64,000 nucleotides of DNA from Candidatus Poribacteria bacterium (GCA_965242965.1 OZ251518.1:2016001-2080000), one strand, 5' to 3'. Positions 47,080-56,345 are shown, numbered from the stretch's first letter. Made by a program: numbers and translations. Notes: generated by a model from the sequence alone, not told the origin.

Positions 47080-49734
47080 GTTAATCCCCTCCACGATTTC
47101 CGCGACCTCCCGCTGAATAGCACCCCGGCCCGCGCACCAACCCTCCAGCCACAAACGCTCCCGGCTATCCGTCGGTAAAGCATCACTAATTTCTTTCGCA
47201 ACGTTCCAGATGAGTTCATTCAAACCGATTCGCCCGCGCGCGAGCCGCTGAATCATCGCATCACGTTCACCAGAACTCCACAGAAGCAAAGCGTGATGCA
47301 ACACATCAATCAACTCCTCGCTATTGGATAAAGTGGAGACATCCCTGTCTTGCGGGCCGAGGACGCGGATAAACGTTTTCTCCCTGCGGATGAAACTCCC
47401 GGCACCCCACTCCACCGCGAGTTCAAGCCCAAGGGATTGCGCGAGTTTGTTCGCGTCATTGAAGGGGACAGGCTTCTCGCCGTTTTCGCGCCGCCACCGG
47501 AGGTAGAACCGCGTCAGGTGACTCCCGGCTGCACCCGCCTGTTCGCCATCAAAACGTTCCAATATCGCCCGGATATCCTCAATCATCTGCCCGGCACGAA
47601 TAGGCTCGTCATCGTGATCAAGCACCTCTCGGTATTTGCCAAACACCTCAATGCCGCCGCCGATAGCCGCTATGAACAAGTCTGCCCCGGAAAAACCCCA
47701 CTCCCACAAGGTGAACAACTTCTCTTTGAGGTGAACCTCTAGTTCTTGGAGAACTTCCCGATAAGTCCCCCACTCTTCGCGCTCCGTTTTCCGGGCAACC
47801 ATGTAGATGGAAGAGGCGAGGGCTGCAGAATTGTAACTCCGCCAACGCACCTTCTTCTCCGTATCAATCGGCCACGCGGCGGTAACTACAAGACCCGAGT
47901 CAAGCAAGGCGTTTATCATTGCCTCCCATCCCTCGGTTGACTTGTGGGCATAGACAATGACAGCAATCCCGTTCGGTTTCAGCACCCGATGCATCTCCGA
48001 GAACGCTTTCGTCAGTCCTGTTTCAAAAAAGCGTTTTCCTGCCTCCCATCCGCCTTTTCGGTGCCCATACGCGACGATTTCCTCATCTTTCGGCGTGAGA
48101 GATTTCTCAAACAGTTCTGGATAGAGGTATCCCACGCTTCGCTTGAGCCAGACGTAGAAGAGATCGGAGAGGTAAGCGTAGGGAACGTTATCGTAATAGG
48201 GCGGATCCGTTAACACCGCGTCGAAAGTGTTATCGGGATAGGGAAGAGCTGTCGCTGAGGCTTGTTGCACGGTAGCCGGGGGGACATCCATTTGCGACAG
48301 ATGCTCCATCGGTTTTGAAACGGTTTTCACGCGATTCGCTGCCACGTGAAACGGATTCGCTTCCCCGTAATCCCAAACCATGGGCATGGTTTGCATCCCA
48401 AAGAGTTTGACAACAGACTCATTGCTATTACCCCACGGGCAGAGACTTGAACCTTTGTCGGCTATCCGGTCCAGCCACAATCCCAAGTAGGTTGTGACAG
48501 CACGCGCATAGTCCGCGGCGCAGTCCTCTTGGGTAAGCATCGCCGAGTGTGCATCCCTGATCTTATCAGTAAAGGTAATCAACGCGAGTTGCTGGCGCGC
48601 ATTGAAGAGCTCACCATACGTATTGAAATTGTAATTGTGAATGGCAATAGCTCTTTCTGCGCCGGGACCTTTTATTTTTGGCGTTGGCTCATCTGGCACT
48701 GGGGCGAATCCCCATTTTTCCTTGAGCAACGCCTGTTTTTCAAGGAGACGGCTTTGTGCCTCTCTGAAAACTGCCTCATCCTCATCCGTGGCCAGGCGAT
48801 ACCGTTTGCCTGTCACGTTTGGACGGTGAGTGACGACAGCAACCATTTTTTCGCCTGCCATCCCTTCCTGAAACAGGCGGCGCGTGTCTTTCGCCGGGAT
48901 AGTGTTTTTACAGAGAGGACAGGTAACAACGGCTTTCGTGACCGATCCGGCGGCGGGTTTGAAGTCGTCCGGGGTGGGTTCATATCCGGGCCCTACGATG
49001 CGGAAGGCAAGCGCGCCATCTGCATCGTAGGGATAGAGCGCGATGTCTTTATTCCCTGCGAGCCAAAATTGGCCCATCAGGGGAATAGTAGCCGAGCATC
49101 CCAGATTCTGGCACGGTAACGTGCGCGCCCAGATGTAGGCGAAAACGTTAGCACCGTCGGCTTCCTTTAGATAGAACGGTGCCAATTCTGGTTCCGCTTG
49201 TTCGATGACCCGGGTTGCCCATTTTTGGAAATCGTCGTGGAGGCGTTGGCCGTATTTTTGCGGGTATTCAAGCGTGCATTTCTGAATAAGCACGGAGACA
49301 GGATTGAGATCGCAGGAGTGGGTTTCGCAACCGAGGCGGAGTGCTTCCAACGGAATCGCGCCGCGTCCACCGAACGGGTCGAGCACCTTGGGTGGTTTCC
49401 CATCGTGGGATTCCAAGATGTCGCGGCGGGCTTGCTCAATCCAGAGTGGTTTGAGCGCGTTTTCCCACTTGGCGAGTTCAGCGATGAAAACTTGCTTGTG
49501 CGTCGGTTCTAGCGGATTGTCAGAAACCCTACTTGTTTGTGAAGTGAAGGGGGGGGGGGTTATGAGTGCGGCATAAGCCGTGGCACGCGAGGGTCCGAGA
49601 GGTCGGCTTGCCCACCAGATGTGGAGTCCGGTTATCTGCTGCCTATTTTTGTCTTTGCGTCCCTGTTCGCTGACTTCTTCAACAGGGAAAGCGATTTCGA
49701 TGATGCGTTTGTCGTTGCTCACGCGAGTCTCCAT
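47065..49734 (-). CDS. DUF1156-family adenine-specific DNA methyltransferase
   Basis: LHIWWASRP, DPFGGRGAIPLEALRLG, DLNPV, TDPPYYDNVPY, WPIDTE, ALASS. Confidence 0.92.
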   Translation of the reverse strand: METRVSNDKRIIEIAFPVEEVSEQGRKDKNRQQITGLHIWWASRPLGPSRATAYAALITPPPFTSQTSRVSDNPLEPTHKQVFIAELAKWENALKPLWIEQARRDILESHDGKPPKVLDPFGGRGAIPLEALRLGCETHSCDLNPVSVLIQKCTLEYPQKYGQRLHDDFQKWATRVIEQAEPELAPFYLKEADGANVFAYIWARTLPCQNLGCSATIPLMGQFWLAGNKDIALYPYDADGALAFRIVGPGYEPTPDDFKPAAGSVTKAVVTCPLCKNTIPAKDTRRLFQEGMAGEKMVAVVTHRPNVTGKRYRLATDEDEAVFREAQSRLLEKQALLKEKWGFAPVPDEPTPKIKGPGAERAIAIHNYNFNTYGELFNARQQLALITFTDKIRDAHSAMLTQEDCAADYARAVTTYLGLWLDRIADKGSSLCPWGNSNESVVKLFGMQTMPMVWDYGEANPFHVAANRVKTVSKPMEHLSQMDVPPATVQQASATALPYPDNTFDAVLTDPPYYDNVPYAYLSDLFYVWLKRSVGYLYPELFEKSLTPKDEEIVAYGHRKGGWEAGKRFFETGLTKAFSEMHRVLKPNGIAVIVYAHKSTEGWEAMINALLDSGLVVTAAWPIDTEKKVRWRSYNSAALASSIYMVARKTEREEWGTYREVLQELEVHLKEKLFTLWEWGFSGADLFIAAIGGGIEVFGKYREVLDHDDEPIRAGQMIEDIRAILERFDGEQAGAAGSHLTRFYLRWRRENGEKPVPFNDANKLAQSLGLELAVEWGAGSFIRREKTFIRVLGPQDRDVSTLSNSEELIDVLHHALLLWSSGERDAMIQRLARGRIGLNELIWNVAKEISDALPTDSRERLWLEGWCAGRGAIQREVAEIVEGINEGVS
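49549..49559 (-). repeat. C11 homopolymer tract in the coding strand of the DUF1156 methyltransferase
   Basis: G11 on the + strand, encoding T-P-P-P near codon 60. Confidence 0.85.
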
Positions 49735-49751
49735 TGGAAAATTTGTTAATT

Positions 49752-49781
49752 ACGATACCACAAAATCGGTTAAATTGTCAA
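49752..49781 (-). promoter_or_regulatory. Sigma70-type promoter for the DUF1156 gene
   Basis: TTGACA-18-TATCGT, preceded by TGTGG. Confidence 0.6.
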
Positions 49782-49814
49782 ATGTATCAGGTCTGATGCA
49801 AATGTCATCATTCC

Positions 49815-50327
49815 TCCCCGTAGGAGAGACCTCCTGGTCTCGATGCCTTCCCTGTAGGAGAGACCTCCTGGTCTCGATTTGCCCGTAGCGCGGGGGTCTG
49901 TCCCCCGCGATGGCTCAAGAACCGTTTTTTTTATCGTAGGGCGGGGGTCTGTCCCCCGCGATCTCTCTCGTGCACCAGGGCACGGCGAGGGACAGGCCCT
50001 CGCCCTACGGTGAGGGGGCATTTTTTTACCGTAGCGCGGGGGTCTGTCCCCCGCGATGGCTCAAGAACCGTTTTTTTTCGTAGCGCGGGGGCCTGTCCCC
50101 CGCGATCGCCATTGTCATGATGTGTGTTTCCTCCTCTGTAGTTCGGGAGCACCCGCTCCCGAACGGATCAGGATCTGGCGATCCTGACCTACAGAGGTGG
50201 GCCCAATGCCTTCCGGTAGGAGGGACATCCCTGTCCCGATATGAAACACATCGAGACCAGGAGGTCTCTCCTACCGGGGAAATGGAAGCGTTATCATTTT
50301 TACAACAACGAGATATGAAACAACCTC
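49815..50327. repeat. Mosaic REP-like array (right direct repeat) ending in TATGAAACAACCTC
   Basis: Colinear with 43110-43601. Confidence 0.9.
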
Positions 50328-50332
50328 TTTTA

Positions 50333-50362
50333 ATTATACAACATTTTTGGAATTTTTGTCAA
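50333..50362 (-). promoter_or_regulatory. Consensus sigma70 promoter firing into the REP array
   Basis: TTGACA-18-TATAAT; array end motif begins 6 nt after the -10. Confidence 0.75.
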
Positions 50363-50541
50363 GGGTCTATTTTTCAATAGCGAATCGAGAGAAGAAAACA
50401 GACAACTACGGAAATCTGTCCCGACAAAATTGCAGGTTGACTAAAAACCCATAATTTGCTATAAATAGGATACCATATCACCTTTCAAGCACCTCACGGT
50501 GCTTTATCGGCATAGATACTTTTCGACCTAAGGGGGTTTTC

Positions 50542-51189
50542 ATGAATACAAAGAATCTCGTCGCTGAATTTATCGGCACGTTCGCGCTCATCTTTATCGG
50601 CGCGGGCGCGCTGGCGATAGCTCAAGCAAATTTAGTGGGCATCGCACTCGCCCACGGACTCGTCATCGTCACGTTCGCTTATGCGTACGGGCATATTTCT
50701 GGCACGCACATTAACCCGGCCGTGACGCTAGGACTCCTCATCGCGGGAGAAATCCGAATCGCCGCCGCCGTCGGGTATTGGGTTGTGCAGTTTCTTGGCG
50801 GAATTTTGGGAGCAGTAGTGCTTAATGCGGTGCTACCAGAAGCCGGTGACCTTGGGGTAACTATTTTAACGGAAGGTGTGACATCAACGCAAGGGCTCAT
50901 CGTGGAGATTGTGCTCACTTTCTTCCTCGTCAACACGATTTTCAATACGGCGGTGAGCGGCAAGGCGGGGAATTTCGCAGGGCTCGCGATTGGGCTGACG
51001 CTGGTGCTGTGCATCCTCATGGGCGGACCGCTGACACGCGCGTCTCTTAATCCTGCACGGACGTTGGGGCCTGCCATCGTCAGCGGGAATTATGCGGATA
51101 TTTGGCTCTATTTTGTCGGGCCGGCGATTGGGGCTGTGCTGGCCGCGCTGCTCTATATCGGTGTCTTGAAGGACAAAGATTCGGCCTGA
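50542..51189 (+). CDS. Aquaporin (MIP family)
   Basis: AEFIGTF, ISGTHINPAVT, SLNPARTLGPA. Confidence 0.95.
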   Translation: MNTKNLVAEFIGTFALIFIGAGALAIAQANLVGIALAHGLVIVTFAYAYGHISGTHINPAVTLGLLIAGEIRIAAAVGYWVVQFLGGILGAVVLNAVLPEAGDLGVTILTEGVTSTQGLIVEIVLTFFLVNTIFNTAVSGKAGNFAGLAIGLTLVLCILMGGPLTRASLNPARTLGPAIVSGNYADIWLYFVGPAIGAVLAALLYIGVLKDKDSA

Positions 51190-51690
51190 TTGCCGGTCTC
51201 TTCCGGTAGGAGGGACATCCCTGTCCCGATTGCAGGTAGGAGGGACATCCCTGTCCCGATACGCAACCGGTAGGAGGGACATCCCTGTCCCGATTGCGGT
51301 AGGAGGGACATCCTTGTCCCGATTGCAGGTAGGAGGGACATCCTTGTCCCGATACGAAAAATCGAGACCAGGAGGGCTCTCCTACTGGCACCCCTCTGTA
51401 GTTCGGGAGCGCCTGCTCCCGAACGGTTCAGGAGCAGGCGCTCCTGAACTACAGGCGTGAGGAGCATCCCACATCGAGACCAGGAGGTCTCTCCTACGGG
51501 GGAGGCATCGAGACCGGGAGGGCTCTCCTACTGGCACCCCTCCGTAGTTCGGGAGCGCCCGCTCCCGAACGGTTCAGGAGCAGGCGCTCCTGAACTACAG
51601 GCGTGAGGAGCATCCCACATCGAGACCAGGAGGTCTCTCCTACCGGGCTGATGCCTTCGCGGTAGGAGGAACATCCCTGTCCCGATACTG
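51190..51690. repeat. REP-like array with tandem GTAGGAGGGACATCC(C/T)TGTCCCGAT units
   Basis: Five head-to-tail copies at about 51205-51352, then a roughly 145-bp block duplicated. Confidence 0.9.
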
Positions 51691-51694
51691 CACG

Positions 51695-51732
51695 AGAAAA
51701 AGGCGAGAGCACAGCGGCCCTCGCCTTTTTCT
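51695..51732. terminator. Bidirectional intrinsic terminator after hsp20
   Basis: AGAAAAAGGCGAG...CTCGCCTTTTTCT hairpin with A/T tails. Confidence 0.7.
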
Positions 51733-51743
51733 GTTCGCGAGGT

Positions 51744-52196
51744 TTAGGCGTTCACCTCGATCGGGATTTCCTTGGGCTTCGCTTCTTCCGCCTTCGGGAC
51801 GATGAGCGTCAAGACACCATCGCGGTAGGCCGCGGTGATGGCATCGGCATCAACGTTCGGCGGGAGCGTGAACGCCCGCTGGAAGCTGCCGTAGTGGCGT
51901 TCCACCCGGCGGTAGTCCTTCCCTTCGTCTGTCTCTTCCTGCCGTTTCTCGCCCCGGAGGGTGAGGACGTTGTCCCGGACAGAGACGTTGACATCTTCCT
52001 GTTTGACTCCGGGGAGCTCGGCGCGGACTTCAAAGCCGTTGTCTGTCTCGGCGATGTCCACGGAGGGGTTCCACCGGTTTTCCGTTTCATCGGTAGGCTC
52101 GTTCGGCGAAGCGAACAAGTCGTTGAACATCTGTCCCATCTCGTTGTGAAACTGGAACAGGTTTCTTGCCGGTCTGCGCAAGGTTACGTAAGTCAT
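51744..52196 (-). CDS. Hsp20/alpha-crystallin small heat-shock protein
   Basis: PSVDIAE, AELPGV, LTLRGEK, ERHYGSFQRAF, YRDGVL; AAGGAG RBS before ATG 52196. Confidence 0.95.
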   Translation of the reverse strand: MTYVTLRRPARNLFQFHNEMGQMFNDLFASPNEPTDETENRWNPSVDIAETDNGFEVRAELPGVKQEDVNVSVRDNVLTLRGEKRQEETDEGKDYRRVERHYGSFQRAFTLPPNVDADAITAAYRDGVLTLIVPKAEEAKPKEIPIEVNA

Positions 52197-52270
52197 TTTC
52201 TTTCTCCTTTGTGTTTGATGTCGGCATTCTCGTTGCAAATGCCAACTTTTCGTTGTTTCTATCACGTTAC

Positions 52271-52330
52271 TAGCAACTTCCGTGCCAAAAATTTGGCACG
52301 CTGCAAGAGTGTTTGCAAGTAGCGTGCCAA
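52271..52330 (-). promoter_or_regulatory. Two tandem sigma54 (-24/-12) promoter motifs upstream of hsp20
   Basis: TTGGCACGGAAGTTGCT (52288-52272) and TTGGCACGCTACTTGCA (52330-52314). Confidence 0.8.
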
Positions 52331-52413
52331 CTTTTAAACGCCGAATTGGCATGAACGTGCCACTTTGGAATAGAAAGGATGTCAAAAAGGCAGACGTGAA
52401 AATGAGGCGTGCG

Positions 52414-53073
52414 TCACACGCGCGTCGATGCGCGTCCTTCTTCGATTCGGGCGCGGATGCCAGCAGCGAGCATCTGCAACGCAACCGGATTTTCATCATG
52501 AAACGGGATAACCAGATCGGCATATTTTTTACACGGTTCGGTATAGAGAGGGAAGTTAGGCAGCACATCTCGCCGATACCAATTAATCGCCCACTCCAGG
52601 TCACCGCCGCGTTCCACCACGTCGCGGAGCATCCGACGCAGGACTCGTTCGTGTGCGTCTACGTCAAGGAACACCTTGATATCCATCAACTCGCGCAACG
52701 CCGCGCTCCAAAAGATGAGGTGTCCCTCCACAATGACGACATCGCTCGGTTGGAGGTATGAAGGCGCATCGCCGCGACGCGCAGCCCGCGTGCCGGGGAT
52801 AGGCACCGCAACTGCTTCGCGCCTGCGGAGTTTCGCGATGTCCTCAATGAGCGCGTCCCAAAGCACGACATCCGGGTGATTCGCGGTAATCACCTTCTCC
52901 CGTTCTTCCGGCGAATATTCTGCCCAATCCCGAAAATAGGCATCTTGATTGAGGATAACGGGGGTGCAATCCGCTAATTGTTCGGCCAGCAAGGCTGCAA
53001 AGGTTGTTTTCCCAGAGGCGGAGCCGCCCATAATGCCAAGGGTAGTGGGGGTGAAATGCTGTTGTGTTTTCAT
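52414..53073 (-). CDS. Uridine kinase family protein
   Basis: GIMGGSASGKTT, QDAYF, VIVEG, RRMLRDVVERG, YADLVIP; start reassigned to ATG 53073. Confidence 0.85.
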   Translation of the reverse strand: MKTQQHFTPTTLGIMGGSASGKTTFAALLAEQLADCTPVILNQDAYFRDWAEYSPEEREKVITANHPDVVLWDALIEDIAKLRRREAVAVPIPGTRAARRGDAPSYLQPSDVVIVEGHLIFWSAALRELMDIKVFLDVDAHERVLRRMLRDVVERGGDLEWAINWYRRDVLPNFPLYTEPCKKYADLVIPFHDENPVALQMLAAGIRARIEEGRASTRV

Positions 53074-53124
53074 GCGGGTATGATAGCAGAATTGGAGATA
53101 TAAAGCAAATTTGTGTCGTGGAAC

Positions 53125-53465
53125 GATCGCGAGGCCAAGAAACCTCTCACACACCGTAGGGCGGGGGCCTGTCCCCCGCCGGGCTCGGGTCGCCGAACGA
53201 TCGCGAGGGACAGGCCCTCGCGCTACGGGACAGGGGACAAGAAACCTTTCACACACCGTAGGGCGGGGGCCTGTCCCCCGCCGTGCCTCGGATAATCGAA
53301 AACGCTCTTCATGACCTACGATCGCGAGGGACAGGCCCTCGCGCTACGGTGGGGGCGGAAACCTCTCTCATACCGTAGGGCGGGGGCCTGTCCCCCGCCA
53401 GGCCTCGGTCGAGGAAAACGCTCTTCACAAACAACGATCGCGAGGGACAGGCCCTCGCGCTACGG
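53125..53465. repeat. REP-like array of variant inverted pairs
   Basis: GTAGGGCGGGGGCCTGTCCCCCGCC / CGCGAGGGACAGGCCCTCGCGCTAC, three pairs. Confidence 0.9.
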
Positions 53466-53559
53466 CCCGAGACACGGTGAAAGTTTTACAATTTTTCTTG
53501 ACATTCACCTTGGAAATCCGTTATACTATTTTCATATTTTATACAAAAAGGAGAAAAAC

Positions 53560-54315
53560 ATGATGAAAAAACCTTTCGTCTATCTTTTCATTGCACAACT
53601 GATGATACTCACGCCGTTCGCTCTCGCCGATTTCACGGCAGGGCTCGTCCTGCATCATACCTATGATGAAGGCAGCGGCACACTCGCCGCCGATTCCAGC
53701 GGCAACGGACATGATGGCGAAGTTTCCAATCCCGAATGGGTTGATGGAAAGTTCGGCAAAGCACTGCAATTCGGCGGTGAAGGAAGCGATGTGTTCGTCA
53801 CCGTGGAGAGCACACCGCTCCTGAACGTTAACGAATGCACGTTCATGGCGTGGATTAACGCCGAACATTGGGACGGCACGCGGCAAATCGTCGGCAAATC
53901 TGTCCACGGCGGGTGCGCCGGCAGAACGCAATACGGCTTGTTTAGCGAAAGCGGTGTCTTCAAACTCCGCTTTGAAACTGAAGGCGGCCGCGCCGACATT
54001 ACCACAGATCTGCCTGCAACCGGCGAGTGGGTGAATATCGCCTTTACTAACGACGGTGAAACCGCCACGATTTACATCAACGGCGAGGCGGTAGTTGACG
54101 GTGAGGTGCCGGGCACACTCAGTGCCAACGATGATCCGTGGCGTATCGGACAAGATTGCGAACGCGAGAACTATGTCTTTGCTGGCATCATCGACGAGGT
54201 GCGTCTCTGGAACCGCGCGTTGTCTGCAGCGGACATCGCTGATTTACAAGGATTGCTCACCGATGTCGAGGCACGCGGTAAATTAGCGACGACATGGGGC
54301 AGTCTCAAGCAGTAG
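53560..54315 (+). CDS. Secreted LamG-like jellyroll protein with KLATTWG tail
   Basis: DSSGNGHDG, GKFGKAL.F, G.IDEVRLWNRALS, ARGKLATTWGSLK; AGGAG RBS and TTGACA-18-TATACT. Confidence 0.9.
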   Translation: MMKKPFVYLFIAQLMILTPFALADFTAGLVLHHTYDEGSGTLAADSSGNGHDGEVSNPEWVDGKFGKALQFGGEGSDVFVTVESTPLLNVNECTFMAWINAEHWDGTRQIVGKSVHGGCAGRTQYGLFSESGVFKLRFETEGGRADITTDLPATGEWVNIAFTNDGETATIYINGEAVVDGEVPGTLSANDDPWRIGQDCERENYVFAGIIDEVRLWNRALSAADIADLQGLLTDVEARGKLATTWGSLKQ

Positions 54316-54372
54316 CATTGCTTTCGTTAGGGCGGATGTCCATATCCGCCCACAACCCTTCCATCAAAAAAC

Positions 54373-56205
54373 ATGTTTTGGGAACAAATCGCCACACACT
54401 ACCGCGCCGGCTCCGCGCACCAATTTTTACTCCACTTCAACGTGCAGGACCTGCACTACGACGACGCTTACGGCTACTTGCCCGCGATGCCCTATCTCAT
54501 GGAGCAACTCAACCTCTTGGGGTGCGAGCTGGTTGTCGGCTATAATTCCGTGCAGGGAATTATTTTTCCGAACGTTCACCAGTGGCGCAGAACGCAGAGG
54601 ACGCTGGAAATTGTCCCATCGGATGCACCGGATGAAGTTCCACTGCCGGATGAGCGGAGAAGAATAAACGCCAATCTCGCTATCGGCAAACTTCACGAAG
54701 ACCCGGTTGCTGCGATGGAGCCGCATCCATCGGAGGAGTTGCAAAACAGGCTGAGCCATCTCCTGCGGCAGCAGCGGGCTAAAGTCGGGCTGATCATTAA
54801 TTTTCTGGAGCAGCTCGCGCCGAATCATCCCTCTTTCGCCAGCGGTGCGAACGATGATTTGCAACGCTTTCTCAACCTCCTCCACCATTGGGCATCGGAC
54901 ATGGACATCCGCCGCCGCAAGCACATTATCCTGCTGGTCACGCAGAACACGTTTGATATCCACCCCAGTCTCACCGTGAACCCCGAAATTCCAGTCGTGG
55001 AGATGCCGTTTCCGGACTATGCGCAGCGTTTGCAGTTTATAGGGCATCTGCACACCATTTCTCCGAACGATGCGCCGATGCGCGAGAGCCTCGGCAATGC
55101 CCGCGCGCGAGAAGAATTGGCGCGTGAGACAGCGGGCCTAAATCTGTTCGGCATCCACGATATTGCGCGCCAAGCCGCCACCACGCAACAAGAAGCGAGA
55201 GGTGAACTGCTCCTCAACTATCGGCAGGAGAGCATCAAGACTTTCAGTCGTGGCGTTCTGGAGGTAGGTGAACCGCGCGAAGTTGCACGGATGCAAGGCC
55301 CGAGTCATGTCAACCGCGCTATCCAAGACATTGCCGATGGCTTGAAACAAGGAGACTGGCGGCGCATTCCGCGAGGCATGTTGCTCCTCGGCCCCGCAGG
55401 GACAGGGAAGGTGTTCATAGCGAAACTGCTCGCGGGGAAAGCGGAGACAGCGTTTGTCCAGCTCCGTTATGCGAGTCAAGTCGGCGAAGTCGCTATCAGC
55501 GTCAACGGCAACGGCAACGAGGGGAGTTATGAGCGGAATCTGAGTGCCGCGCTCAGTTTTATCCGTGGCATCGCGCCCGTTGTCGTCTTTATTGACGAAA
55601 TTGAGCAAGCATCGCCGCATACCAGCATGCAACCCGAGCATTGGGAGCGCGACTTGCCGGTGAGTCTTGTGAACGCGATTAGCGATACGTCGCTGCGCGG
55701 CAAGGTGATATGGGTAGGCGCGACGAATCGTCCCGATTTGATGCCATCTATCTTCCGGCGCGTTGGAATTTTTGACCACAAGCTCATCTTACTACCACCG
55801 ACCCCTTTTGAGAGGGCAGCAATCCTGAAGATTTTTTGCGAACCTCGCACGCAGGAGAGCATCGATTATCAGTCAATCGTCGGCGATGCACGGACAGATG
55901 GGATTACTGCCCGCGATTTGTGGTTGATAATGCAGCGAGCGCGGAACCTTGCTCAGCGCAACAACCGCGAGCAGTTAACCGAACCAGACCTGCGTGAGGC
56001 AGTCGACGATTTCGCGCCAGATCATTCGCCGGAGATGCAGCAATTTATGGGCTTATTAGCGATGCGTGAGGCAAATTCGCGTGCGATGCTGCCGGATGCC
56101 TTGCTGCCGCAGTATCAAGAATTCGTAGAGGGCAATCGGATTGATAAAACGAAGATAAATCGGCGGTTGTTGGAGTTGAGTGGGGAGCTTGGGTTGCAGG
56201 GGTGA
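54373..56205 (+). CDS. AAA+ ATPase with long N-terminal region
   Basis: GMLLLGPAGTGKV, VFIDEIE, GATNRPD. Confidence 0.85.
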   Translation: MFWEQIATHYRAGSAHQFLLHFNVQDLHYDDAYGYLPAMPYLMEQLNLLGCELVVGYNSVQGIIFPNVHQWRRTQRTLEIVPSDAPDEVPLPDERRRINANLAIGKLHEDPVAAMEPHPSEELQNRLSHLLRQQRAKVGLIINFLEQLAPNHPSFASGANDDLQRFLNLLHHWASDMDIRRRKHIILLVTQNTFDIHPSLTVNPEIPVVEMPFPDYAQRLQFIGHLHTISPNDAPMRESLGNARAREELARETAGLNLFGIHDIARQAATTQQEARGELLLNYRQESIKTFSRGVLEVGEPREVARMQGPSHVNRAIQDIADGLKQGDWRRIPRGMLLLGPAGTGKVFIAKLLAGKAETAFVQLRYASQVGEVAISVNGNGNEGSYERNLSAALSFIRGIAPVVVFIDEIEQASPHTSMQPEHWERDLPVSLVNAISDTSLRGKVIWVGATNRPDLMPSIFRRVGIFDHKLILLPPTPFERAAILKIFCEPRTQESIDYQSIVGDARTDGITARDLWLIMQRARNLAQRNNREQLTEPDLREAVDDFAPDHSPEMQQFMGLLAMREANSRAMLPDALLPQYQEFVEGNRIDKTKINRRLLELSGELGLQG

Positions 56206-56242
56206 TGGGAGACAAAATTTCGGTTTTCAGCGAGCCCGGAAA

Positions 56243-56320
56243 ATGGCGAGGGACAGGCCCTCGCCCTACGGTAAAAGGAAACATTGAGGCATGGCGAGGG
56301 ACAGGCCCTCGCCCTACGGT
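56243..56320. repeat. Two REP units between convergent genes
   Basis: GGCGAGGGACAGGCCCTCGCCCTAC twice. Confidence 0.85.
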
Positions 56321-56345
56321 AACGGGAGACATTGATGCACGCGGA

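Noticed and set aside
51205-51352. CRISPR-like tandem 25-bp repeats
   Set aside because: Spacers are only about 3-10 bp, the unit is a dispersed GTAG REP, and there are no cas genes
53074-53559. N-terminal extensions in the ORF track (also ileS, hsp20, 33590, 36069, 28267, 60159)
   Set aside because: They run through repeats or promoters; better starts with RBS or -10 lie downstream
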